A stretch of 46,445 nucleotides of DNA from Pristiophorus japonicus (taxonomy: Eukaryota): contig NC_092008.1 of NCBI RefSeq assembly GCF_044704955.1, positions 761,556 to 808,000 of the forward strand, written 5' to 3'. Shown here in pieces: positions 19,851 through 32,491 of the stretch. The notes under the pieces were generated by a model. That model was not told the origin of the DNA and made no database searches. It saw only the letters and a list, made by a program, of their open reading frames with translations. A program made the position numbers and the translations under genes. Position 1 is the first letter of the stretch. Each line of letters starts with the position of its first letter.

Positions 19851-20910
19851 ATAGAAATTTACAGGGCAGGAGGCCATTCCGGCCCATCGTGTCCGCCCCG
19901 GCCGACAAAGAGCCACACGGCCCTCGGTCAGTAGCCCTGAAGGTTATATATAAACCCACGAACAATGACGGAAAGGCAAAGAGCACCCAGCCCAACCAGT
20001 CCGCCCCACACAACTGCGACACCCCTTACACTGAAACATTCCACACTCCACCCCAACCGGAGTCGTGTGATCTCCTGGGAGAGGCAAAAACCAGATAACA
20101 ACCCAAGCCAATTCAGGGAGAAAAAATCTGGGAAAATTCCTCTCCGACCCATCCAGGCGATCGACACTAGACCAGGAGATCACTCTGGCCGTATTCGATT
20201 CCCTGCAGTACTTACCGTTATATCTGCTCGGTCCAGCAAAAGGTCACCCAGTCTAATCCCAATGACCATCTCTAGGTCGTTTCGCTACGTTAAGAACATC
20301 AGAAACAGGAGCAGGAGTCGGCCATTCGGCCCCTCGAGCCTGCTCCACCATCCAATCAGATCGCGGCTGATCCGATCTTGGGCTCAGCTCCACTTCCCCG
20401 CCCGCCCCTTCACTCCCTTATCGCTCAAAAATCTGTCTATCTCCGCCTTAAATATATTCAGTGACCCAGCCCCCCACAGCTCTCTGGGGCAGAGAATTCC
20501 ACAGATTCACCAGAAGAAATTCCTCCTCCTCTCCGTCCTAAATGGGCGGCCCCTTATTCTGAGACTATGTGCCCCCTAGTTCGAGATTCCCCCACGAGGG
20601 GGAAACATCCTCTCTGCATCCACCCTGTCCAGCCCCCCTCAGAATCTGATACGTTTCGATAAGATCACCTCTCATTCTTCTAAACTCCAATGGGTACAGG
20701 CCCAACCTGCTCAACCTTTCCTCATAAGGCAACCCCCTCATCCCCGGAATCAACCGAGTGAACCTTCTCTGAACTGCCTCCAATGCAAGTATATCCCTCC
20801 TTAAATACGGAGACCAGAACTGCACGCAGTACTCCAGGTGTGGCCTCACCAATACCCTGTATAACTGGAGCAAGACTGCCCTGCTTTTATACTCCATCCC
20901 CCTTTGCAAT
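19850..20910 (-). mobile_element. CR1-family fragments (structured 3' region, then ORF2 C-terminus)
   Basis: GMEYKSRAVLLQLYRVLVRPHLEYCVQFWSPYLRRDILALEAVQRRFTRLIPG on the minus strand; CR1 tail motifs at ~19850 and ~20295. Confidence 0.85.
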
Positions 20911-20958
20911 AAAGGTGCTATATAAATGCAAGTTGTTGTTGTTGTGCCCCATGCCCAG

Positions 20959-21152
20959 ACGAGCACAGACTGACAGACTATGGCATCCGGCCCAACACCA
21001 AGCTGAACCTGGTGGTGAGACCCGTGGACAGGACCTCCCCTGACGGGACCCCGCAGGGCGGCAGAGCCCAGCCGTGGCAGCTTATCCTCGAGATCCTCGA
21101 GAAACACTTTGCGCCGGCGGACGCAGAGAAGGTTCTGGAACAGCTGCAGAAG
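20959..21152 (+). CDS. UBL4A: UBL4A exon 3
   Basis: ccag|(D)EHRLTDYGIRPNTKLNLVVRP...PWQLILEILEKHFAPADAEKVLEQLQK|gtaac; phase consistent with exon 2. Confidence 0.94.
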
Positions 21153-21289
21153 GTAACGCCTGGCGCACAAGCTTGCGGACCTTGCGTTGAAACCCGACTG
21201 GAGCCTGGTGCTGCAATTCTGGACAACGCAGTGCAGGCAGGGTGTGAGGTCAGGGTGCGGGACAGATTGAGCAGAATGGTCCCAGGGTG

Positions 21290-22036
21290 TGTGATGGGGC
21301 AGTGTAGAGGGAGCTTCACTCTGTATCTAACCCCCTGTACCTGCCCTGGGAGTGTTTGATGGGACAGTGTAGAGGGAGCTTTACTCTGTATCTAACCCCC
21401 TGTACCTGCCCTGGGAGTGTGTGATGGGACAGTGTAGAGGGAGCTTTACTCTGTATCTAACCCCCTGTACCTGCCCTGGGAGTGTTTGATGGGACAGTGT
21501 AGAGGGAGCTTTACTCTGTATCTAACCCCCTGTACCTGCCCTGGGAGTGTTTGATGGGACAGTGTAGAGGGAGCTTTACTCTGTATCTAACCCCCTGTAC
21601 CTGCCCTGGGAGTGTTTGATGGGACAGTGTAGAGGGAGCTTTACTCTGTATCTAACCCCCTGTACCTGCCCTGGGAGTGTTTGATGGGACAGTGTAGAGG
21701 GAGCTTTACTCTGTATCTAACCCCCTGTACCTGCCCTGGGAGTGTTTGATGGGACAGTGTAGAGGGAGCTTTACTCTGTATCTAACCCCGTGCTGTACCT
21801 GCCCTGGGAGTGTTTGATGGGACAGTGTAGAGGGAGCTTTACTCTGTATCTAACCCCGTGCTGTACCCGCCCTGGGAGTGTTTGATGGGACAGTGTCGAG
21901 GGAGCTTTACTCTGTATCTAACCCCCTGTACCTGCCCTGGGAGTGTTTGATGGGACAGTGTAGAGGGAGCTTTACTCTGTATCTAACCCCCTGTACCTGC
22001 CCTGGGAGTGTTTGATGGGACAGTGTAGAGGGAGCT
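21290..22036. repeat. 65-bp satellite array in UBL4A intron 3
   Basis: Same unit as 14298-14755, about 11 copies. Confidence 0.93.
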
Positions 22037-22087
22037 GGATACTGGCAGATTATTGGTCAGTTAAGCTGTGATTGATTGTGAACTGAT

Positions 22088-22950
22088 CTCTGTCTCTGTC
22101 TCTCTCTCTTTCTCCCCAAACTGTGTCTCTTTCTCTCCCCCTCTCTGTCTCGCTCTCCCCTGCTCGCTCTCTATCGCTCTTTCCCCCGCTCTGTCTCTCG
22201 CTCTTTCCCCCGCTCTGTCTCTCTCTCTTTCCCCCGCTCTGTCTGTCTCTCTCTCCCTCGCTCTCTCCTCCGCTCTGTCTCTCTCGCTCTTTCTCCCGCT
22301 CTGTCTCTCTCTCCCNNNNNNNNNNNNNNNNNNNNNNNNNNNNNNNNNNNNNNNNNNNNNNNNNNNNNNNNNNNNNNNNNNNNNNNNNNNNNNNNNNNNN
22401 NNNNNNNNNNNNNNNNNNNNNNNNNNNNNNNNNNNNNNNNNNNNNNNNNNNNNNNNNNNNNNNNNNNNNNNNNNNNNNNNNNNNNNNNNNNNNNNNNNNN
22501 NNNNNNNNNNNNNNNNNNNNNTCTTGCTCTCTCCCCCGCTCTCTCGCACTCTCCCCCGCTCTCTCTCTCTCTCTCTCTCTCACTCTTTCCCCCACTCTCT
22601 CGCTCTCGCTCTCTCCCCCGCTCTCTCTCTCTCGCGCTCTCCCCCGCTCTCTCTCTCGCGCTCTCCCCCGCTCTTTCTCTCTCTCTCTCTCTCGCTCTCT
22701 CCCCCGCTCTCTCTCTCTCGCTCTCTCCCCCGCTCTCTCTCTCTCTCTCGCGCTCTCCCCCGCTCTCTCTCTCACTCTGTCTCTCTCTCTCTCTCACTCT
22801 TTCCCCCACTCTCTCGCTCTTGCTCTCTCCCCCGCTCTCTCTCTCTCTCTCTCTCTCTCCCCCGCTCTCTCTCTCTCTCTCTCTCTCACTCTGTCTCTCT
22901 CTCTCTCTCTCTCACTCTTTCCCCCACTCTCTCCCCCTCGCACTCTCCCC

Positions 22951-22982
<32 letters not shown>

Positions 22983-23388
22983 TTCTTGCACTCTCCCCCG
23001 CTCTCTCTCTCTCTCTCTCTCTCTCGCACTCTTTCCCCCACTCTCTCTTTCTCGCACTCTCCCCCGCTCTCTCTCTCTCTCTCACACTCTCCCCCGCTCT
23101 CTCTCTCTCTCTCTCTCTCTCGCACTCTTTCCCCCACTCTCTCTTTCTCGCACTCTCCCCCGCTCTCTCTCTCTCTCTCGCACTCTCCCCCGCTCTCTCT
23201 CTCTCTCTCTCACACTCTCCCCCGCTCTCTCTCTCTCTCTCTCTCTCTCGCACTCTTTCCCCCACTCTCTCTTTCTCGCACTCTCCCCCGCTCTCTCTCT
23301 CTCTCGCACTCTCCCCCGCTCTCTCTCTCTCTCCCTCTCTCTCACTCTGTCTCTCTCTCTCTCTCTCTCTCACACTCTTTCCCCCACT
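22088..23388. repeat. (CT)n-rich low-complexity tract containing N-gap 22316-22521
   Basis: Near-pure pyrimidine strand with CTCTCCCCCG modules. Confidence 0.95.
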
Positions 23389-23536
23389 NNNNNNNNNNNN
23401 NNNNNNNNNNNNNNNNNNNNNNNNNNNNNNNNNNNNNNNNNNNNNNNNNNNNNNNNNNNNNNNNNNNNNNNNNNNNNNNNNNNNNNNNNNNNNNNNNNNN
23501 NNNNNNNNNNNNNNNNNNNNNNNNNNNNNNNNNNNN

Positions 23537-23631
23537 TGCGTCTGCTGAGCCTGGATGACATCGAGCGGATATCCACGCGAATCCTGCACCCGGATGTGGC
23601 GGACACGATGGAGCTCACGTTCTTGGACTAG
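23537..23631 (+). CDS. UBL4A: UBL4A exon 4 (5' end hidden in N-gap 23389-23536)
   Basis: RLLSLDDIERISTRILHPDVADTMELTFLD*, compare human RLTLDDIERLASRFLHPEVTETMEKGFSK. Confidence 0.92.
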
Positions 23632-23904
23632 GGACGGCGGCGGGGTCTGATTGCCGTTCCCGCCATCGCCCACTTCGTGCTGCTCATCACTGGTCGCCGC
23701 ACCATTGCGTCTCGCGGGCAGCGATGGCGAGCAGAGCGAGGACGCCTGAGCCCAATGTCGCAATGTTTACCGTCAATTATTAAATCCGTCAAACCCTGCT
23801 GGACGCTGAGCCGTCAATTTGTTTAAAATATAATCCCCGGGGCAGGCGGAGGTTGTGAATGAACGTGTCCCGTTATTCCGTTAATGTCGGCTGTGTCTCG
23901 CTGC

Positions 23905-25303
23905 CTCTCTCTCTCTCGCCTCCTAGTCAGACGTTCGTGGGTCCGAGCCTCCGCTCCAGAGTCTCGAGCCCCGACATTCCACCCGGGGCCAGTGCTGAGG
24001 GAGCGCCGCACTGTCGGAGGGGCAGTGCTGAGGGAGCACCGCACTGTCAGAGGGGCGGTACTGAGGGAGCCCCGCACTGTCGGAGGGGCATACTGAGGGA
24101 GCGCCGCACTGTCGGAGGGGCAGTACTGAGGGAATACCGCACTGTCGGAGGGGCAGTACTGAGGGAATACCGCACTGTCGGAGGGGCGGTACTGAGGGAG
24201 CGCCGCACTGTCGGAAGGGGCGGTACTGAGGGAGCGCCGCACTGTCGGAGGGGCAGTACTGAGGGAGAGCCGCACTGTCGGAGGGGCAGTACTGAGGGAG
24301 CACCGCACTGTCGGAGGGGCAGTACTGAGGGAGTGCCGCACTGTCGGAGGGGCGGTACTGAGGGAGCCCCGCACTGTCGGAGGGGCAGTACTGAGGGAGC
24401 ACCGCACTGTTGGAGGGGCAGTACTGAGGGAGTGCCGCACTGTCGGAGGGGCAGTACTGAGGGAGTGCCGCACTGTCGGAGGGGCAGTACTGAGGGAGCG
24501 CCGCACTGTCGGAGGGGCGGTACTGAGGGAGTGCCGCACTGTCGGAGGGGCAGTACTGAGGGAGCCCCGCACTGTCGGAGGGGCGGTACTGAGGGAGTGC
24601 CGCACTGTCGGAGGGGCAGTACTGAGGGAGCCCCGCACTGTCGGAGGGGCAGTACTGAGGGAGTGCCGCACTGTCGGAGGGGCGGTACTGAGGGAGCCCC
24701 GCACTGTCGGAGGGGCAGTACTGAGGGAGCACCGCACTGTTGGAGGGGCAGTACTGAGGGAGTGCCGCACTGTCGGAGGGGCAGTACTGAGGGAGTGCCG
24801 CACTGTCGGAGGGGCAGTACTGAGGGAGCGCCGAACTGTCGGAGGGGCAGTACTGAGGGAGCGCCGCACTGTCGGAGGGGCGGTACTGAGGGAGCGCCGC
24901 ACTGTCGGAGGGGCAGTACTGAGGGAGCGCCGCACTGTCGGAGGGGCAGTACTGAGGGAGCGGTGCACTGTCGGAGGGGCGGTACTGAGGGAGCGCCGCA
25001 CTGTCGGAGGGGCGGTACTGAGGGAGTGCCGCACTGTCGGAGGGGCAGTACTGAGGGAGCCCCGCACTGTCGGAGGGGCGGTACTGAGGGAGTGCCGCAC
25101 TGTCGGAGGGGCAGTACTGAGGGAGCCCCGCACTGTCGGAGGGGTGGTACTGAGGGAGTGCCGCACTGTCGGAGGGGCAGTACTGAGGGAGCCCCGCACT
25201 GTCGGAGGGGCGGTACTGAGGGAGTGCCGCACTGTCGGAGGGGCAGTACTGAGGGAGCCCCGCACTGTCGGAGGGGCGGTACTGAGGGAGCCCCGCACTG
25301 TCG
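23905..25303 (+). repeat. SINE head followed by a ~40-copy 33-bp minisatellite
   Basis: Tandem GTACTGAGGGAGCGCCGCACTGTCGGAGGGGCA, an internal segment of the Deu-type SINE. Confidence 0.9.
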
Positions 25304-25781
25304 AATATTGTTTCCGCAAGATTAGATTTGAATTTTGCCTCCTTCAAGCCCTCTGGTCCTGGTGTTCTGGACAGGGTGACAGAAGTTTAATGTCGCTCTA
25401 GCTCTGATCTAATCCCATGAACTCAACTGCTGACGAGACCGCGCCAATCCAGCAAACAACTTTGTTTCATCCTCCTTTACAAGTCCCGGGCCTCTCAGAG
25501 CAGGTGCTGAGATTCAGTGAGCGGCTTTGGGGCGAGCTTAGTCACTGCAACTCCTTCTCTCACCCTCCCCTCCCCACTCTCCCTCCTCCCCCGAGACGCT
25601 GGCTCTCAACCAGGTGTCGGTCGGTCTGTGGACACCAACCGACCTACACCCCCTCTGAAATCTCATTCAGGGAGGGTGGCTTTGTGCATGAGGCTGGAAC
25701 GTGTGTTGGCGAGCTGTTCGACTGCGGGGGGCATCACACACCTAAGCCCGATGTCCATTACACACACACACACACACTCAT

Positions 25782-27796
25782 TGGGCAGTGATCAGGAGCA
25801 GGAACCCTGGCTGATTTCCCCTCTCTCTCTAACCCAGGAGTCACTGGGCAGTGATCAGGAGCAGGAACCCTGGCTGATTCCCCCCTCTCTCTAACCCAGG
25901 GGTCACTGGGCAGTGATCAGGAGCAGGAACCCTGGCTGATTTCCCCCTCTCTCTAACCCAGGGGTCACTGGGCAGTGATCAGGGGCAGGAACCCTGGCTG
26001 ATTTCCCCTCTCTCTAACCCAGGGGTCACTGGGCAGTGATCAGGAGCAGGAACCCTGGCTGATTTCCCCTCTCTCTAACCCAGGGGTCACTGGGCAGTGA
26101 TCAGGAGCAGGAACCCTGGCTGATTTCCCCTCTCTCTAACCCAGGGGTCACTGGGCAGTGATCAGGAGCAGGAACCCTGGCTGATTTCCCCCTCTCTCTA
26201 ACCCAGGGGTCACTGGGCAGTGATCAGGAGCAGGAACCCTGGCTGATTCCCCCCTCTCTCTAACCCAGGGGTCACTGGGCAGTGATCAGGAGCAGGAACC
26301 CTGGCTGATTTCCCCTCTCTCTAACCCAGGGGTCACTGGGCAGTGATCAGGAGCAGGAACCCTGGCTGATTTCCCCCTCTCTCTAACCCAGGGGTCACTG
26401 GGCAGTGATCAGGGGCAGGAACCCTGGCTGATTTCCCCTCTCTCTCTAACCCAGGGGTCACTGGGCAGTGATCAGGGGCAGGAACCCTGGCTGATTTCCC
26501 CTCTCTCTAACCCAGGGGTCACTGGGCAGTGATCAGGAGCAGGAACCCTGGCTGATTTCCCCTCTCTCTAACCCAGGGGTCACTGGGCAGTGATCAGGGG
26601 CAGGAACCCTGGCTGATTTCCCCTCTCTCTCTAACCCAGGGGTCACTGGGCAGTGATCAGGGGCAGGAACCCTGGCTGACTTCCCCTCTCTCTAACCCAG
26701 GGATCACTGGGCAGTGATCAGGAGCAGGAACACTGGCTGATTTCCCCCTCTCTCTAACCCAGGGGTCACTGGGCAGTGATCAGGAGCAGGAACACTGGCT
26801 GATTTCCCCCTCTCTCTAACCCAGGGGTTACTGGGCAGTGATCAGGAGCAGGAACCCTGGCTGATTTCCCCCTCTCTCTAACCCAGGGGTCACTGGGCAG
26901 TGATCAGGAGCAGGAACACTGGCTGATTTCCCCCTCTCTCTAACCCAGGGGTTACTGGGCAGTGATCAGGAGCAGGAACACTGGCAGATTTCCCCCTCTC
27001 TCACTAACCAAGGGTCACTGGGCGGTGATCAGGAGCAGGAACCCTGGCTGATTTCCCCCCTCTCTCTAACCCAGGGGTCACTGGGCGGTGATCAGGAGCA
27101 GGAACCCTGGCTGATTTCCCTCTCTCTAACCCACGGGTCACTGGGCAGTGATCAGGAGCAGGAACCCTGGCTGATTTCCCCCCTCTCTCTAACCCAGGGG
27201 TCACTGGGCAGTGATCAGGAGCAGGAACCCTGGCTGATTTCCTCTCTCTCTAACCCAGGGGTCACTGGGCAGTGATCAGGAGCAGGAACCCTGGCTGATT
27301 TCCCCCTCTCTCTAACCCAGGGCTCACTGGGCAGTGATCAGGAGCAGGAACCCTGGCTGATTTTCCCTCTCTCTAACCCAGGGATCACTGGGCAGTGATC
27401 AGGAGCAGGAACCCTGGCTGATTTCCCCTCTCTCTAACCCAGGGATCACTGGGCAGTGATCAGGAGCAGGAACCCTGGCTGATTTCCCCCTCTCTCTAAC
27501 CCAGGGGTCACTGGGCAGTGATCAGGAGCAGGAACACTGGCTGATTTCCCCCTCTCTCTAACCCAGGGGTCACTGGGCAGTGATCAGGAGCAGGAACCCT
27601 GGCTGATTTCCCCTCTCTCTCTAACCCAGGGCTCACTGGGCAGTGATCAGGAGCAGGAACCCTGGCTGATTTTCCCTCTCTCTAACCCAGTGGTCACTGG
27701 GCAGTGATCAGGAGCAGGAACCCTGGCTGATTTTCCCTCTCTAACCCAGGGGTCACTGGGCAGTGATCAGGAGCAGGAACCCTGGCTGATTTCCTC
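25782..27796. repeat. ~60-bp minisatellite array
   Basis: Tandem TGGGCAGTGATCAGGAGCAGGAACCCTGGCTGATTTCCCCTCTCTCTAACCCAGGGGTCAC. Confidence 0.95.
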
Positions 27797-28520
27797 TACA
27801 CCCCTCCCTATCTCTGTAACCTCCTCCAACCCTCCGAAATCTCTGCGTTCCTCCAATTCTGCCCTCTCGTGCATCTCCTGATTATAATCGCTCCACCATC
27901 GGTGGCCGTGCCTTCAGCTGCCTGGGCCCCAAGCTCTGGAACTCCCTCCCTAAACCTCTCCGCCTCTCTCCCTCATTTAAAACGCTGCTTAAAACCCACC
28001 TCTGTGACCAATCACATCTGCCCGAATATGTCCTTATTTGTCTCGGGGTCGAATTCTGTCTGAACGACGCTGTGAAGCGTCTTGTGACATTTTACTACGT
28101 TAAATGCGATGCATAAATCGGTGCTGTTGTTATTGAGGGAGCGCGATTCACTTCAAAAGGACGTCAGTGACTGCTACCTACTTCAGCCCCTGACGTGATC
28201 ACCTTGTTTGTCTGCAGGTTCTCGGCCTGTTCATGTACGTGTTAAATAAAAAGCCCACAAGGACTTTGGTCTTGCTCCCAACATCCAGCGATGTAGTTAC
28301 TGATTGACAGAACTGACTGTTTCACTTTGACAGATTCTGTCTCTCACCCTCGGTGTGATTCGCCCATCAGCGGGACCGAAGTGTCAGCCATGGCTCAGTG
28401 GGCAGCACTCTCGCCTCGGAGTCAGAGGTTGTGGGTTCGAGTCCCCCTCCAGGGACTTGAGCACAAAAATCTAGGCTGACACGTCCAGTATAGTACTGAA
28501 GGAGCACCGTACTGCGCTGT
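27797..28520 (+). repeat. Duplicated block, copy 1 (L2 3' piece, unique DNA, SINE head)
   Basis: Nearly identical to 30929-31652 (offset 3132). Confidence 0.92.
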
Positions 28521-29411
28521 CGGAGGGGCGGTACTGAGGGAGCGCCGCACTGTCGGAGGGGCAGTACTGAGGGAGCGCCGCACTGTCGGAGGGGCGGTAC
28601 TGAGGGAGCCCCGCACTGTCGGAGGGGCAGTACTGAGGGAGCGCCGCACTGTCGGAGGGGCGGTACTGAGGGAGCGCCGCACTGTCGGAGGGGCAGTACT
28701 GAGGGAGAGCCGCACTGTCGGAGGGGCAGTACTGAGGGAGCCCCGCACTGTCGGAGGGGCGGTACTGAGGGAGCGCCGCACTGTCGGAGGGGCAGTACTG
28801 AGGGAGCGCCGCACTGTCGGAGGGGCAGTACTGAGGGAGAGCCGCACTGTCGGAGGGGCGGTACTGAGGGAGAGCCGCACTGAGGGAGCGCCGCACTGTC
28901 GGAGGAGCGGTACTGAGGGAGCACCGCACTGTCGGAGGGGCGGTACTGAGGGAGTCCCGCACTGTCGGAGGGGCAGTACTGAGGGAGCACCGCACTGTCA
29001 GAGGGGCGGTACTGAGGGAGCGCCGCACTGTCGGAGGGGCGGTACTGAGGGAGCCCCGCACTGTCGGAGGGGCAGTACTGAGGGAGCACCGCACTGTCAG
29101 AGGGGCAGTACTGAGGGAGCCCCGCACTGTCGGAGGGGCGGTACTGAGGGAGCCCCGCACTGTCGGAGGGACAGTACTGAGGGAGCCCCGCACTGTCGGA
29201 GGGGCAGTACTGAGGGAGTGCCGCACTGTCGGAGGGGCAGTACTGAGGGAGCCCCGCACTGTCGGAGGGTCGGTACTGAGGGAGTGTCGCACTGTCGGAG
29301 GGGCAGTACTGAGGGAGCCCCGCACTGTCGGAGGGTCGGTACTGAGGGAGCCCCGCACTGTCGGAGGGTCGGTACTGAGGGAGTGCCGCACTGTCGGAGG
29401 GGCAGTACTGA
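28385..29411 (+). mobile_element. tRNA-derived SINE head plus 33-bp tandem expansion (body missing)
   Basis: A box TGGCTCAGTGG and B box GGTTCGAGTCC, followed by 33-bp units. Confidence 0.85.
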
Positions 29412-30928
29412 GTGATCAGGGGCAGGAACCCTGGCTGATTTCCCCTCTCTCTAACCCAGGGGTCACTGGGCAGTGATCGGGAGCAGGAACCCTGGCTGAT
29501 TTCCCCCTCTCTCTAACCCAGGGGTCACTGGGCAGTGATCAGGAGCAGGAACACTGGCTGATTTCCCCTCTCTCTAACCCAGGGGTCACTGGGCAGTGAT
29601 CAGGGGCAGGAACCCTGGCTGATTTCCCCTCTCTCTAACCCAGGGGTCACTGGGCAGTGATCAGGGGCAGGAACCCTGGCTGATTTCCCCTCTCTAACCC
29701 AGGGGTCACTGGGCAGTGATCAGGGGCAGGAACCCTGGCTGACTTCCCCTCTCTCTAACCCAGGGGTCACTGGGCAGTGATCAGGAGCAGGAACCCTGGC
29801 TGACTTCCCCTCTCTCTAACCCAGGGGTCACTGGGCAGTGATCAGGAGCAGGAACACTGGCTGATTTCCCCTCTCTCTCTAACCCAGGGGTCACTGGGCA
29901 GTGATCAGGAGCAGGAACCCTGGCTGATTTCCCCCTCTCTCTAACCCAGGGGTCACTGGGCAGTGATCAGGAGCAGGAACCCTGGCTGATTTCCCCCTCT
30001 CTCTAACCCAGGGCTCACTGGGCAGTGATCAGGAGCAGGAACCCTGGCTGATTTTCCCTCTCTCTAACCCAGGGGTCACTGGGCAGTGATCAGGAGCAGG
30101 AACCCTGGCTGATTTCCCCTCTCTCTCTAACCCAGGGGTCACTGGGCAGTGATCAGGAGCAGGAACCCTGGCTGATTTCCCCTCTCTCTCTAACCCAGGG
30201 GTCACTGGGCAGTGATCAGGAGCAGGAACCCTGGCTGATTTCCCCCTCTCTCTAACCCAGGGGTCACTGGGCAGTGATCAGGAGCAGGAACACTGGCTGA
30301 TTTCCCCCTCTCTCTAACCCAGGGGTCACTGGGCAGTGATCAGGAGCAGGAACCCTGGCTGATTTCCCCTCTCTCTCTAACCCAGGGGTCACTGGGCAGT
30401 GATCAGGAGCAGGAACCCTGGCTGATTTCCCCCTCTCTCTAACCCAGGGGTCACTGGGCAGTGATCAGGAGCAGGAACCCTGGCTGATTTCCCCCTCTCT
30501 CTAACCCAGGGCTCACTGGGCAGTGATCAGGAGCAGGAACCCTGGCTGATTTCCCCCCTCTCTCTAACCCAGGGGTCACTGGGCAGTGATCAGGAGCAGG
30601 AACACTGGCTGATTTCCCCCTCTCTCTAACCCAGGGGTCACTGGGCAGTGATCAGGAGCAGGAACCCTGGCTGATTTCCTCTCTCTCTCTCTAACCCAGG
30701 GCTCACTGGGCAGTGATCAGGAGCAGGAACCCTGGCTGATTTTCCCTCTCTCTAACCCAGGGGTCACTGGGCAGTGATCAGGAGCAGGAACCCTGGCTGA
30801 TTTCCCTCTCTCTAACCCAGGGCTCACTGGGCAGTGATCAGGAGCAGGAACCCTGGCTGATTTCCTCTCTCTCTAACCCAGGGGTCACTGGGCAGTGATC
30901 AGGAGCAGGAACCCTGGCTGATTTCCTC
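29412..30928. repeat. ~60-bp minisatellite array (second copy)
   Basis: Same unit as 25782-27796. Confidence 0.95.
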
Positions 30929-31652
30929 TACACCCCTCCCTATCTCTGTAACCTCCTCCAACCCTCCGAAATCTCTGCGTTCCTCCAATTCTGCCCTCTC
31001 GTGCATCTCCTGATTATAATCGCTCCACCATCGGTGGCCGTGCCTTCAGCTGCCTGGGCCCCAAGCTCTGGAACTCCCTCCCTAAACCTCTCCGCCTCTC
31101 TCCCTCATTTAAAACGCTGCTTAAAACCCACCTCTGTGACCAATCACATCTGCCCGAATATGTCCTTATTTGTCTCGGGGTCGAATTCTGTCTGAACGAC
31201 GCTGTGAAGCGTCTTGTGACATTTTACTACGTTAAATGCGATGTATAAATCGGTGCTGTTGTTATTGAGGGAGCGCGATTCACTTCAAAAGGACGTCAGT
31301 GACTGCTACCTACTTCAGCCCCTGACGTGATCACCTTGTTTGTCTGCAGGTTCTCGGCCTGTTCATGTACGTGTTAAATAAAAAGCCCACAAGGACTTTG
31401 GTCTTGCTCCCAACATCCAGCGATGTAGTTACTGATTGACAGAACTGACTGTTTCACTTTGATAGATTCTGTCTCTCACCCTCGGTGTGATTCGCCCATC
31501 AGCGGGACCGAAGTGTCAGCCATGGCTCAGTGGGCAGCACTCTCGCCTCGGAGTCAGAGGTTGTGGGTTCGAGTCCCCCTCCAGGGACTTGAGCACAAAA
31601 ATCTAGGCTGACACGTCCAGTATAGTACTGAAGGAGCACCGCACTGCGCTGT
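30929..31652 (+). repeat. Duplicated block, copy 2
   Basis: About 3 substitutions relative to 27797-28520 seen by eye. Confidence 0.92.
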
Positions 31653-32491
31653 CGGAGGGGCGGTACTGAGGGAGAGCCGCACTGTCGGAGGGGCAGTACT
31701 GAGGGAGCGCCGCACTGTCGGAGGGGCGGTACTGAGGGAGCGCCGCACTGTCGGAGGGGCAGTACTGAGGGAGAGCCGCACTGTCGGAGGGGCGGTACTG
31801 AGGGAACGCCGCACTGTCGGAGGGGCAGTACTGAGGGAGCGCCGCACTGTCGGAGGGGCAGTACTGAGGGAGCGCCGCACTGTCGGAGGGGCGGTACTGA
31901 GGGAGCGCCGCACTGTCGGAGGGGCAGTACTGAGGGAGCGCCGCACTGTCGGAGGGGCGGTACTGAGGGAGCGCCGCACTGTCGGAGGGGCGGTACTGAG
32001 GGAGTGCCGCACTGTCGGAGGGGCAGTACTGAGGGAGCCCCGCACTGTCGGAAGGGTGGTACTGAGGGAGTGCCGCACTGGCGGAGGGGCCGTACTAAGG
32101 GAGTGCCGCACTGGCGGAGGGGCAGTACTGAGGGAGTGCCGCACTGTCGGAGGGGCGGTACTGAGGGAGTGCCGCACTGTCGGAAGGGTGGTACTGAGGG
32201 AGTGCCGCACTGGCGGAGGGGCCGTACTAAGGGAGTGCCGCACTGGCGGAGGGGCAGTACTGATGGAGTGCCGCACTGGCGGAGGGGCTGTATTTCGGGA
32301 TGAGACGTTAAACCCCCCACAAGGGGATGTAAAAGATCCCACGGCCACTATTTCGAAGAAGAGCAGGGGGAGTTCTCCCCGGTGTCCTGGGGCCAATATT
32401 TATCCCTAAATCACCAAAAAAACAAATGGTCTGGGTCATTATCATATTGCTGTGCGCAAATTAAGCTGCCGCGTTTCCCACATTACAACAG
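31517..32491 (+). mobile_element. tRNA-derived Deu-type SINE with an internal 33-bp expansion
   Basis: A and B boxes, about 19 tandem units, then SINE body (GATGAGACGTTAAACC...GAAGAAGAGCAGGGGGAGTTCTCCCC). Confidence 0.85.

Noticed and set aside
22050-23558. Ser/Leu- or Arg/Glu-rich ORFs up to ~500 aa
   Set aside because: (CT)n low complexity read through N-gaps
23823-25347. Long ORFs of 474-498 aa (and similar ones at 28.4-29.4 kb and 31.5-32.4 kb)
   Set aside because: Artefacts of a 33-bp (3n) SINE-derived tandem repeat, open in several frames on both strands
28385-28450. tRNA gene (also at ~31517)
   Set aside because: A and B boxes belong to a SINE head that continues into SINE sequence; no complete cloverleaf or terminator seen
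407-30928. CRISPR-like regularly spaced repeats
   Set aside because: Units are head-to-tail with no unique spacers, there are no cas genes, and the context is a vertebrate intron/exon landscape
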